Notes under the pieces: generated by a model | Seen by the model: only the letters and a program-made list of their open reading frames with translations | Database searches by the model: none | Told to the model about the DNA's origin: nothing | Made by a program: the position numbers and the translations under genes | Shown here: in pieces, positions 50,901-62,004 of the stretch | Layout: each line of letters starts with the position of its first letter | Numbering within the stretch: the first letter of the stretch is position 1 | Assembly (NCBI GenBank): GCA_040954595.2 | Contig: CM082576.2 | Location: 6,761,129-6,825,128 of the forward strand | Origin: Balanoglossus misakiensis | Lineage: Eukaryota; Animalia; Hemichordata | DNA length: 64,000 nt | Direction: 5' to 3'

Positions 50901-53900
50901 TGTTTGAACTTCCAAGTGTGGCATCGCGGTGAATCAGGCATTATTTTGTTCCAGAGCCTGTCTCCTAAATACTTACAGGGCTTCTATGTAAGAAGTTGGA
51001 ATGAGGTGTTTGTCATAGATGTTGAATCTGTCTTTGGTCGTGAAATTTTGTAAAGTGATTGGAGTGTTTGAATCACCTTTGTGATCGAAGGTGTTGTGAG
51101 GGGGGGGGGGGGGGCGCGTGTGTTCAAAGCTTTACTGAAATGTGTACCCTACATGTATTCTAAGGACTTTCTCTGTTTATTTATAGGTCTGGTCATATGT
51201 TAACTCATCGCACACAAAAACCGTACGCTTGTCCGCAGCCGGCATGTGAAAAAAGCTACTGTGACGCAAGATCACTGCGTCGTCATATGGAATCACAGCA
51301 CGCTGTGAATGCAATCTCCCCAGTCAGAAACAATCAGACCAGTCACGTGGGACTGGGTGCCGACTTCTCAAACATGAATCACAGTTTTCAAAATGACCCG
51401 AACAAAATGGAGGAGACGTCGTCCAGCAGCGCGGCTTTGCATTACTTCGCTCTGGCCGCCCAGGGTCAGGGTGACAAGCCGGCCGATGGGGACGTCAAGT
51501 CGGACATGTACCAGCCGTACATTCAGGGCGGATTCGACCAGGATGAGAGCCAAGGAAGCTCCAGAAGCGACGACCAGGACATGGTCGGGAAGAGCAGCGG
51601 ATTCCCGGTCAACCTGTACTCCCACGGCATCCCGGGCGGCCAGGGATTCGGCCGATTTGATTTATCGCACAGGTATGGGCATTCTCCTGATGCAAGTTCA
51701 CAAAGTGACATTGAGCAGGTCTGGAAACAATTGTCCTTGCCGCTTGTAGGGTAAGACAATGATAGTCAATATCTTCCTGTAGTCCTATTCTGTAATTATT
51801 GTTCAGTTTGTTTTTGGTAGTCAGTGGTTGTTGCCCGGGTAACTGTGAGTGGTGGGTCAGTTCAGAGTTTGATGCCTTGTGAATCTGGGCCAGAAATGAC
51901 TTTGTACAACCTGTAGTGTGACACAGTGGTGGTTGTATGTCGCTCTGTCTGTACACACGGCCAGTCTGTATTTCTTGGCCTGAACACAGGTTGGCCAGAC
52001 TGGAGACAGACTGGTGCTGACAGGTGCTCAAGGCCAAGACTGGAAATGTGCCAAAGCAGACAGAGTGGCAATTCATTCCTTGTTTTTAACACCTCCATGG
52101 TGTTTTCCCCAATTTTGTTGTATAAGATGTAGCATACTTGTGTTATATTGCTTTACTGAAATATATGATTATCGACCTCACCCTGTTTGTTGTAACATTC
52201 GAACAATAGTGTAACTCGCCAATTTTTGTTTATGAATAATCCTATAATTTAACTAGCCCTGTTATGCAAACCAGCCAGGTTGAGATCACTGTAACAAACA
52301 TTGCAGAATGTTCTATTAACTTAGCAGAATGATATGAAGACCCTCGTCCATCCGCTTTTGACATTAACACAGATCGGAGTTAACTAATTCATTGTGTGTT
52401 GCGGACCTTTTCTGTGCAGGGAGGAAGAGAAAAATGCGGTAGAGTGCACAGTGTGCAAGAAGACATTCAAGAGTGTGCCTGCCTTAAACGGACACATGCG
52501 ATTGCATGGCGGTTATGACAGAAATAAACCTCCTGATTTCAGGCAAAAAGAGCCAGAACAAGTGCATCTGCCGCAGAAACAACAACAACAACAACAACAC
52601 AAAGAGCAGCAACAGCATCAGCATCAGACTCATCATCATTCGCCGCAGCAAATTCAGCCGTCACAGCCGCGCCATCCTTCGCAGCACCAACTCCAGCAAC
52701 CACAGCCACATCTTCAGTCGCAGCAGCAGCAACAGCAGCATCAGCACCAGCAGCAACTCCAGCAAGCTGCTGGGGAGTTTGCCAGTCCCATGACTCAGCA
52801 GCATGGCCAGCAACACCAGGTGCAGGAGATCAAACGAGAGTACAAGTCTGAGATTGAAGTTGAATCTCTCCATCAACAGGAACAACAACAGCAACATCAA
52901 CAACAGCATCATCAACAACAACAGCAACACCAACAACAACAGCAACAACAACAGCAACAGCAACAACAACTTCAGCAGGAACAGCAACAATTTGATCTTC
53001 AGAGGCAGCAGCACGAGCAGCAACAGCAGCAGTTGCAGCGGGAGCAGCAGCAGTTAGAAGAATACAAACGCCAGCAGCAACAACTGGTCCAGGAACAGCA
53101 AAGGCAACAGCTTCAACAGATCGAACAGCAGAAGCAGTTTCAACTTGAGCAGCAACGGCAGCAGCGGCAGCAGCAGCAGCACAATATCCAACAGCAGAAT
53201 CTGCTGCAGCAGGAACATCATCGTGCACACCTGATAAAACAGCAACTGGAGCAACAACAACAACAACACCGCGACCAATTGCAGCAACAATTTGAGCAAC
53301 AGCGGCAGCTGCAGTTGCAAGCCGAGAGACAGAGACAGCAACAGACTGAGCATCTGTCTCAGTTTCAAGAGCCACCGTTAGCGTCAGTCTCGCACCTGGG
53401 ACATCACCAGTTTGTGACGCCCAATGCATTTCCGTACAATTTGTCCTTATCACAGCCAGCTCCATTTCAGACTAGCAGTGGAAACATGCCCGTAAGTTCT
53501 TCCACATCAGAGGCTCTTCGGAGGCTAATAAAAACCGACGTGAATCTTAATCAGTCAGCAGCACTAGTTGTCAAAACAGAATCGCAGACACAGGTAGACG
53601 ACATTCCAAGTGACAATAACAATAGTCCTTCCTTTGGTCCAAAGACCAGTGTTTCAATGACAGACGATCCACCCATATTGACCAAGATGGTCGAACAGCA
53701 CAGAGACTCCCAAATCCAGAGTAGCCCTCAGGACATGCTGTTCAAAGCAGACATGAAATCAGAGTCAAACGTCAAGCCCGAGTCTGAAAAAGAAATGCTC
53801 TTCGCTGAATCAGAGAAAGACAGAAAAAATGTGCAAGTCAATAACACGGGCGGCAGTAAGTTGAATGTGCCATCAAAATCACAGGGGGAAGTTTTTCGAA

Positions 53901-56900
53901 ATCCGTCGCGATTGCCATCCAGCCCGACCAAGAAGCGCCATCGTCCAGACCCAATCATCATCCCGTCGTATGTGCACACGGGCATGGCGGGCAGCCCGCA
54001 AATCTATCAGAGTCAGATGAGGTCGCCCAGAGACTTTGGCAAGAGCACAAAGGGAATGACGCCACCTCCCTACACCCCACCACCCATGCTCAGCCCAATC
54101 CGTACCGGCTCAGGGCTGTACTTCACCCTGGCGACCAGCAGCTCCGGTGGAAATCTGCCCACGCCGGGACCGAGGTCGGCCATGATCCCGCCGCTCACCC
54201 CGAAGACGCCAAGTATGCTGCAGTTACACAGGCAAAGTAAGTCTCATCACGTTGACCTTTCTTGGGTTTGTTCTTCTTCGATACAGTCTTCAATACAGTG
54301 GACGGCTGACTGTTTTGAATCTTCATCAAGGTGTTCTGGAGATACCCGACTATCCTGATCGTTTTTGTCATCCGTCCTATAATCTTGTCCCAATCCCCTT
54401 TTCAGCCAGCACCTGCTGAACGCAACAGCTTTATACAAACCTCTGTCAACTCTCTTCCAGGTTCCATTGGGGGTGTAGAAGACACTGAAGTGCTGTATGT
54501 TGAACCGTAAGTATGATCAATCGCCCTCTGGTGTCATCAAGGCCCTCAAAAAGCTATGATGCACTTTACTACAATGTTGTTATATATGTCTGCATGCGAG
54601 AATGCAGACCAATGATGTGCAAATCACACCGTCATTGTGAACAACTTCTCATATTTTTTTCTCACACAATGGCCTAAATCCATTTCATGTGTGCTTGCGT
54701 TTGTTTCCTCTGCCAGGAAAATCAATGTTGGTGAAGATTACCAAGCACAGATTCCACCTTTCAAAGGTACGGTTAATTTTTGTCACCAGGCAATTATGAC
54801 ACACTCATGATGGTAATGGTTGTGGTGGTGATGATGATGCTGACGATGAAGATGATGATGATGAAATATGAATTTGTATGTCTTCTTGATTAATTCATTC
54901 AGACAGTAGGGACTTGTTCTTGAAGGGAATCTGCTTCACATTATGTGGTCTGTGTTTATATCTTTCAGTCAATAGAGATGACTTGGCCAATGACAAAGTG
55001 AGGGAAGTGTTGGTCTGGCATCCGGACACTGACCTGCTCTACGAGGAAGATGAAGGTTAGTCCAACATGCTTGTACATTTAAAAAACACCTGCCTTTATT
55101 TTCAGTGTTTTTCACTGAACGTTGCCCTTCTCCCTAGAACGTTATGGAAGGCATATTAGTCTATCAAGAACCATTGACATCATTCTGCTGCACAAATGGG
55201 AATGTTTACACAGTCAGGCTTTTAAAAATTCTGTAGCACAGTTTCTGTTACAAATTGTCCATACTAACCCTTTTCACATGTTTTTGTTTTTTATTAACAG
55301 TTGAGAGTTTTCTGGACTTTGCTTGTTCAGCTGCCATACCGGGTGGTGCATCCAATTCAGAATATGCGGTTCACTGTCTTCATCGGTGCAAAGGAAACAT
55401 TATGGTATGGAGAATTGAATTCTACTCTTTTTGCCTTTAATACAAACTGCTATATAATAACATCAGCAGATGTGAATCGAGATATTATGCGAAATCACAG
55501 GAAAGAAAAGTAATTAGTCATTCATTTTTGGCTGTTTGGAAAATAAATGTTTCATTAAATTCTTAATAATTTTCATCTTGCAGACTGCTCTGAACATGGT
55601 AATGAACAAGAATCCAATGCTGTTAGAAAATGATCCTATGAAAGATTACCATTACACTTGTAAGTGGAAGTTGATTCATATGTTGAATTGCCATAGGTGT
55701 ATACAGGATGGCCTGTAAAGATTTTAGCCGTGAAGGGGCAGAGTTCATTTGTGTGTCGCCACCATGTGACCATTTTGCATGATGCTGTTGTTTTAGAGTA
55801 CGAATACAGTGATGATGACTGGCCATGTGTTGACTTTTTTATGTGTGAGACAGTGTCCATCAGAATGGAGCAAAGAGCTGAATTTCTTTTTCCCTGTTTT
55901 TTTTTCCCTAGGGTCATCTCTGTGGACAAAGAAGGAAAGAGTGCTCTTTAAACATGCCTATATCAAACACGGAAAAGATTTCCACCTCATACAGAAACAG
56001 GTCAGTGAGATTTTCTTTTCAATTATGGCCACTTAACACTGTTTATTTTTCACTAAGTTGATCTCTCTGCACACTTTGTATGGACACCTGATCAGCCAAC
56101 TGAACTAAACAGAAACAAGAAAGTGGTACCTACTTGCATTTAATTAGATCAGTCGTAATTTCTGTAAAAATTGTCGCTTTGCAGGTCAAAACTAAATCAG
56201 TACAGCAGTGCATAGAGTACTACTATAAATGGAAAAAACTTTTCCCGAGAACAGCGTACGGTGACCACAAGTTTGACGATAAATTTTACCACGTCAAGAC
56301 GCGGATCAGCAAAATGCAAGAAATGGAGATGTATGAAGTAAGTATCTGCAAGTACATGTTGTTGATTCGTGTGCATTTGAAAAGTTGTAACTCAGGTTTT
56401 GGTGAGTTTTGGATTATTATTCACCCTGTGCTGGATCCTTGTGTTGTAGGATGATGCCACTGAATCCGAACCTGAATCTGAAGTCACGGCGGGTAACTCG
56501 AATCTGCGTGAAGCAGGTCGAGTTGAGGAGACCCGGTCTTCCCAGGCCATGCCATCGCACATGCATGATAGTGAGACCGTCAACGCGACAACCAATCACT
56601 CATCGTTCACATTCTTTTGTGATTTCCCGCACTGTACTGCGGTAAGTTGAATTGGCATTGCAGTGATTGCAACGCATGGTCATTTGTGGTTTTGGGAACT
56701 GTAGTAAAAATGATGCTACCTGTAGTATAGTGTGATTGCCCTGATTAAGAAGGGCTTTGAGGGGAAGACCCTTGAGAGAGGACTAGTAAAAGAGTCATTT
56801 TCTCCGAAGTACAGTAGTACAGGTATTTCAAATTGCATGTATGGAGATAATCATGAGGTGTGGAACCATTACAGCTCTTTGCTCCTTTATTCATGTCACA

Positions 56901-57910
56901 TAGTCAGTTACTCATGATACTGTCAATTTTTGATCTTCACCCCAGAAATTCGCCTCGCGTCAAGCACTGAACGGTCACATCAGAGTCCATGGAGGAGGCT
57001 TCACCAAACCCTTCCCCAGTTATGTATCCAGCACCACCACCTCGACACCACCACCACCAACAACAAACGCGAATACTGTGAACCGCAGCCGTCACTCAAC
57101 CCCAACGTTGTCGAGGGACTCGTCTGACTCAGAGACCGATGACGAGGACGATATAGTGATGTACCGACCGACGCCACCACCGTCGCAGCCAAGGTCGATC
57201 GGCAAAGTCTTACCACCGTCGCAGCCAAGGTCAATCGGCAAAGTCTTGCCAGCGCCGCAGCCAAGGTCAGTCGGTAAAGTCCTGCCAGCGCCGCAGCCAC
57301 GGTCCATTGGCAAGGTCCTGCCGCAGTCAGCTGGTAAAGTACTTCCACAGACTGGGGAAGAGTTTCCATGCAGGATATGTGGAAAGTGAGTAAACTGTAC
57401 AAATATTTATCACGACTGTTGTGCCAAAAAAATAATGTTGTGTACACTTTTGTTGTTTGTTTACATCTTAATCCAAAAGTCCGCTTTTTATCATTTTTTT
57501 TGGTGCATGTGTAAATGTATATGCCACTCATTTACTGATCCAGTTGCAGTTTCATCTTCCAAACATTCTTTGTTCATTTCTACATGTGATCAGTTGTTGG
57601 TATTTACAACGAAAACGGATTGACCTGTCCAAAAAAAGTGTACTTACCATTGATTTGAAATGAGTTCACTTGCGCTCACAAGAGCATGCAGCTCTAGATA
57701 TATCTCTGCTGGCATCGTGTTGTATAAAAATATTCACCCTGCGTGATGTTACTTTTCTCATTCAGGGTTTTCTACAAAGTGAAGAGTCGCAGTGCACACA
57801 TGAAAAGTCACCGGAAGATAGACGACAGCATGAAAGGCAGCGGAAAGACAAAACCACTGCCCACCATCAACGTAGTAGTATCCAGCCCATACAGAGACGA
57901 TGACAGATAG
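35935..57910 (+). CDS. TRERF1/ZNF541/MIDEAS-family ELM2-SANT C2H2 zinc-finger HDAC co-repressor scaffold, complete
   Basis: Coding exon 35935-37234, then a 13.2-kb intron. Exons 50451-50712 and 51187-51750 carry three C2H2 fingers (CPECHKVF..CQLCGKGFKRQDHLSGHMLTH..CEKSYCDARSLRRH). Exon 52420-54236 has CTVCKKTFKSVPALNGHMRLHGG, a Q-rich tract and PYTPPPMLSPIRTGSGLYF. Then ELM2 (PKINVGEDYQAQIP), SANT (WTKKERVLFKHAY..KDFHLIQKQVKTKSVQQCIEYYYKWKK) and fingers FCDFPHCTAKFASRQALNGHIRVH and [23 protein letters not shown]. Stop TAG 57908-57910. Symbol left blank because it looks co-orthologous to three vertebrate genes. Confidence 0.9.
37720..37930 (+). mobile_element. Possible decayed interspersed repeat (HINE/DINE-like) fragment
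   Basis: A (GT)n/(TCCA)n microsatellite followed by gaaccaatttcattcaatattggtacaag..cactatga resembles, from memory, Helentron-associated non-autonomous repeats of marine invertebrates. No termini are resolved. Confidence 0.3.
44519..44614. mobile_element. Second, diverged copy of the TTAA/CCCTTT MITE
   Basis: ctaaCCCTTTcaccgccatggttt..gctggacc..gggaaatgggggttAAAGGGtttaa aligns along its length with 31254-31346. Confidence 0.65.
47031..47173. repeat. 143-bp near-perfect palindrome (foldback/hairpin element)
   Basis: Outer 33-bp arms are perfectly complementary (47031-47063 / 47141-47173). Pairing continues to a 4-nt loop at 47101-47104, with three TC/TC internal mismatches. Confidence 0.95.
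52570..53350 (+). repeat. Coding Q/H-rich low-complexity tract (mixed CAA/CAG)
   Basis: Lies in the open frame of exon 52420-54236. Confidence 0.9.
57177..57344 (+). repeat. Coding 36-bp tandem repeat (P[PA][SP]QPRS[IV]GKVL x4 plus a partial copy)
   Basis: Units such as ccaccgtcgcagccaaggtcgatcggcaaagtctta, seen directly and in frame just before the last C2H2 finger. Confidence 0.93.
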
Positions 57911-60759
57911 ATAGATACAGAGAAATCATTACCAAAAGATAAAAACATTCTTTTTACAGAAATATAAGTAGCCGTATTTCAGTCCATCAATTCTGTGAGT
58001 CAGATTTTTAAATAATTATTCACATGAGACATCCAAAGTTATGAAATATATTGTTTACAAATGCAAAATTTCAGTAATTGTTACCTTGCCTTTTCAAAGT
58101 TTTGATACTTCAAACTAAAAAAGCAACAAAACAAAACAAAACAGAAGCACTATTTTTTTCTCATCTGGGTAACTTTGGGATCATTGCAAGACTTTTGATA
58201 TGACGTCGTGAAAGCTTAGTGTTTTTACTCTGACATAGTTCAGAAAATTTTGTAAATATATAATACCTCTTTTAACAAATTACTTGATGCAGCTGTCAAG
58301 TTTTTTTTCTATAATTTTAGATTCCACTCTTCCAGTTTTTAACGAGAGGATGTTGCTGTTTGTAGACTACCTTTGTTCCATTTTGTTCAATTTGCATATA
58401 TTACAATAATGTGAATTCAGTTTTTCTCAAAATCGGTGTACAGTTTCTTCAGCCGAATGTGGGGTGCCAAATGGTGGCAGCCAGGTTGTGTCGTCTTACT
58501 GACCTGTGTCATAACTCGTACAGCTATATTGTAAATAAGTTATTCTTTCTGTCCACTTCAACTTCTGACCTCTTGAAGTAATTGATCATTTATTATGTCT
58601 TGTTTTAAATTGAGTCTGTACAGTTTTTCTTTTTTTTTGTCAATTATGTAAATGATAATTCTGAATTTCGTTTCCGCTATTTTTACTGTTCGTTGTCCCC
58701 AAGTGTGAATTTCAGTAACTTCTTTTTTTTTGATCAGCCCCCTGGTAGATACTCTGTGGGTTTCAACGCAATTTATGTACATTAAGCTGAGTGGTACCAA
58801 TGTAATAGACAACCAGAATTTTGTTTTTGAAAACGGTGCTCACATTGGTGGTAGCCAGTGCAAACCAATGTAGATTTCTGTCTTAGGTACATGTACATGT
58901 AGAAGTGTGTATATCAGTTAGAGGTTCAAATTTTGTTCAAAATTCACAGAAAACCTTCGAGCCCATGTGTTATGTTAATATTGACTAGTTGCAAAAATAC
59001 ATTCCTACAACTAACAGGTCATTTTTTTTAAAGCTCAAACAAAGATGTGTGTTTTGAAGTTATTTTCAGTGGTACACTGTGAAGTACAATATTTGTTTTC
59101 TTATTAGAAAAAGAAATATCAGCAGTTATTCATTTCTTTGGAAATGCATTGTCAGTTCTTAGTATTTATTTGCCTTTTCATCAGTCTTGTTTTTTTTTAG
59201 ATATTTGAAAAGTACATCTTTTCCCCCTTCTTTTGTGTGAGCTGCTTTGGCCAATCATGGAAGTGGCTGTTATTGCCGTCAGATCAAACACAAGATAAAT
59301 TCCTGTTCATCAAATGATGTAGTTTTCTCATAACAGTGAACAAGGTTTTGTGAAAGAATGACCTGAGATGGCCAAGTGTACCCTGAGAATGCAAAATAAC
59401 TCGGTACAGTACAGGAGGACGAAAAATGTACATGATTATTTATATATAGTAACAAACACTTGTGGTGTTGATCAACACCACTGCTTTAGCGCACACAAAG
59501 TATGGGTAGATTCAACTTGTCCTTTCACACATGAAATTTGTTTGAATCACTTTGCAGACAAAAAAAAGATAAGCTGAAGTTGTGACAGTATTAAATATGT
59601 TTTAGGGGTGGATGGGGAGGAATTAAAAAACTAACAACCATGATTGGGGCCGGTGTGTTGCATGTTCCACCAACATTGGTATAAATATATTACATGCTAA
59701 TCAGAATTTTTTTTAAACTATACATTCTCATATTTTACTCTCTCATTCTTTTTATGTACAGTTTAATGCCATTTTGAAGTAAACTTTCATTTCTAGTCTT
59801 GAAATGTACCGATGTAGTCTATTGTAAAATTATAAGGGAGAACCTTTTGGGGATACAGCAATGATCATGAATATTTTAGTGGGCCTAGCCAATCATGTAG
59901 AAAGGTACATGTGTATGTACAGTGATTTTTATAGATCATTTGTCTGATGTTTTAAATAATGTTAATTGAAAATAAAATTCAATTTCCCATGGGTAAACCT
60001 ATTCTGCAGTGTGTTTTGTGGTTCTTTCAGTGTGTGTGTGTGTGTGTGTGTTGAAAACTCAGTACTGTCTCCAACCAAAACAATGTTTCAATAGACTAAA
60101 AGTACATGTACAAACTTATGAAAAGGTGAGAACTATTAAAATTACAATAATAGTTTTTTATGGATTTTAGGAGTTTTTCCACATCTGTTGCCCATCTAGA
60201 AGGCGCCCTCTACGAGAGAGTTCAGTGTCCATTCAAATACCATCGAAAGCGGAGATCTGTATGTAAGCCAATCACACATTTCACTTTGATGCCCCTCAAA
60301 AACTAGTGTATCACCACAAGTGGTTAAAATTATTTATGGTTCTGCCTAAATTTATACAGTGATTGTATTGTCGGTCATTTTTAAACCATCTCTTTTTCTG
60401 CATACTTTGAAAAGTAGATGGATGTTTCGTATACCACTCATTTTGATATAATTATGTTTTTCAAATTATTACAATGTATATTGGAAGTCACTGTTTTCAG
60501 TACTAATGTCCTTGAGATCAATGCTTATTTAACTGTGTGTTTGTTTGTTTGTTTGTTTGTTGTTCAAGCTAATGTTCGTGTGTATATGTACATTATTAAA
60601 ATCCAGGGATCGGTAATTGCCCATTTTCCATTTCAGTGATAGCATGGATAGCGTCTAGACACATCGACTACACGCTAAATCTCCGTGATCACAACGCCTG
60701 CGTGCCCTACTTCTCCGCACGTACACGCAAAACTGGAGCAAGACAGCATAACACGCGCA

Positions 60760-60870
60760 CAGGCTATGGGCGGGGCCAAGGGCTTCCCTGCACGCGACTG
60801 GCGATCGATCAGGTGCGTGTCAAAGGTTAAATCTGACGTCACGTGATAAAATTCAAAGCAATATGGCGGA
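60760..60870 (+). promoter_or_regulatory. Atlastin core promoter candidate (GC box, overlapping CRE/E-box, YY1-like motif)
   Basis: GGGCGGGG near 60768, TGACGTCACGTGA at 60834-60846 and CAATATGGCGG at 60859-60869, in a CpG-rich patch. A donor AAG|gtaaat near 60963 suggests a non-coding exon 1. Confidence 0.55.
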
Positions 60871-61788
60871 TAACGTCGTCGAATGAAGAAATATCCGGAA
60901 AAGCGTTTGTCACTGACAGTCATCAGTTCTCTTACAGATAAAAAATAGTTGCCAGTTGAAAAGGTAAATAACTTACAACTCTGAGGAGATATTTTTGTAA
61001 TATGAAAACTGAGTAAATGTGTCAAGGCAGAGGTTATCACTTTCGTCACGACTGCCTAGCTACACATCACGTTCATCGCTCTTGACCGGGGAGTGCGGTG
61101 TAATCGTTTTCGTGCTGCGAAATGCTATTCATCAATACATTTGCGTGTAAATGAATGAAACCCCTATTTGTTTTATTAAACATGCTCGTAAAACTGTTTA
61201 TCCGGTGCATCTGACCTTCGTAGATTAGTCGCAATCCACGTGGCAGTCCGTGGTGTGACACAGCAGCCGGTAACTTCTGCTTCGGACGGGTCGTCCACAC
61301 GGTCATGTCAAATGTCATGCAGATTAAACACAACGGTAAACAGTTATATTTTGATGTACTGATTATAATTAGGCGCACTTGTAACCTTTGTAACCCGCAT
61401 CGCAGAAAAATCAATGAAACGAACACTGACTATATATGTTCATATATCATATGTTGTTTTTTGATAAACGGTAGATGTACGTGTCATAGGGAATGTTAAA
61501 TATGGTAGTTTTGGTGTGTGCCAGATGGTATATGATATCCACATATGCTTCTGGAGATTGAACTTGAAGGGGTACTAAAATGATCCTCACCGTAGTTTTC
61601 TGTGAACACGGAATCCGATGTAAAATCATTTGATGATAGTGATCATAACTACACTAAATGTGTGCATATAAACATGGGTAACAAGTATGATTTTAAAAAT
61701 GATTTTAAGTTCGTCAGACTACCTGGTGATTTGCCACCTTGCATCTTCTATAATACATTTTAATCGTTTGCTTACCTTCACAGGGAAG

Positions 61789-62004
61789 ATGTCAGAGAGG
61801 AGGTCAATTCCAGGTCAGGCGGTTCAAATAGTCAACGCTAATGCTGATGACCACACGTTTGAATTGAACGAAGAAGCCCTCGAGAAGATACTCCTTCAGG
61901 ATCACATCCGGGACAAGAAAGTTGTTGTCGTTTCCGTTGCCGGGGCTTTCAGAAAAGGGAAATCATTTCTGCTTGATTTCTTTTTACGTTACCTGCACCG
62001 TGAT
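61789..62004 (+). CDS. ATL: Atlastin (ER-fusion GTPase), first coding exon; the rest of the gene lies beyond the window
   Basis: [72 protein letters not shown] contains the atlastin P-loop GAFRKGKS. Acceptor cacag at 61783, donor gtaagt at 62005. Confidence 0.93.
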
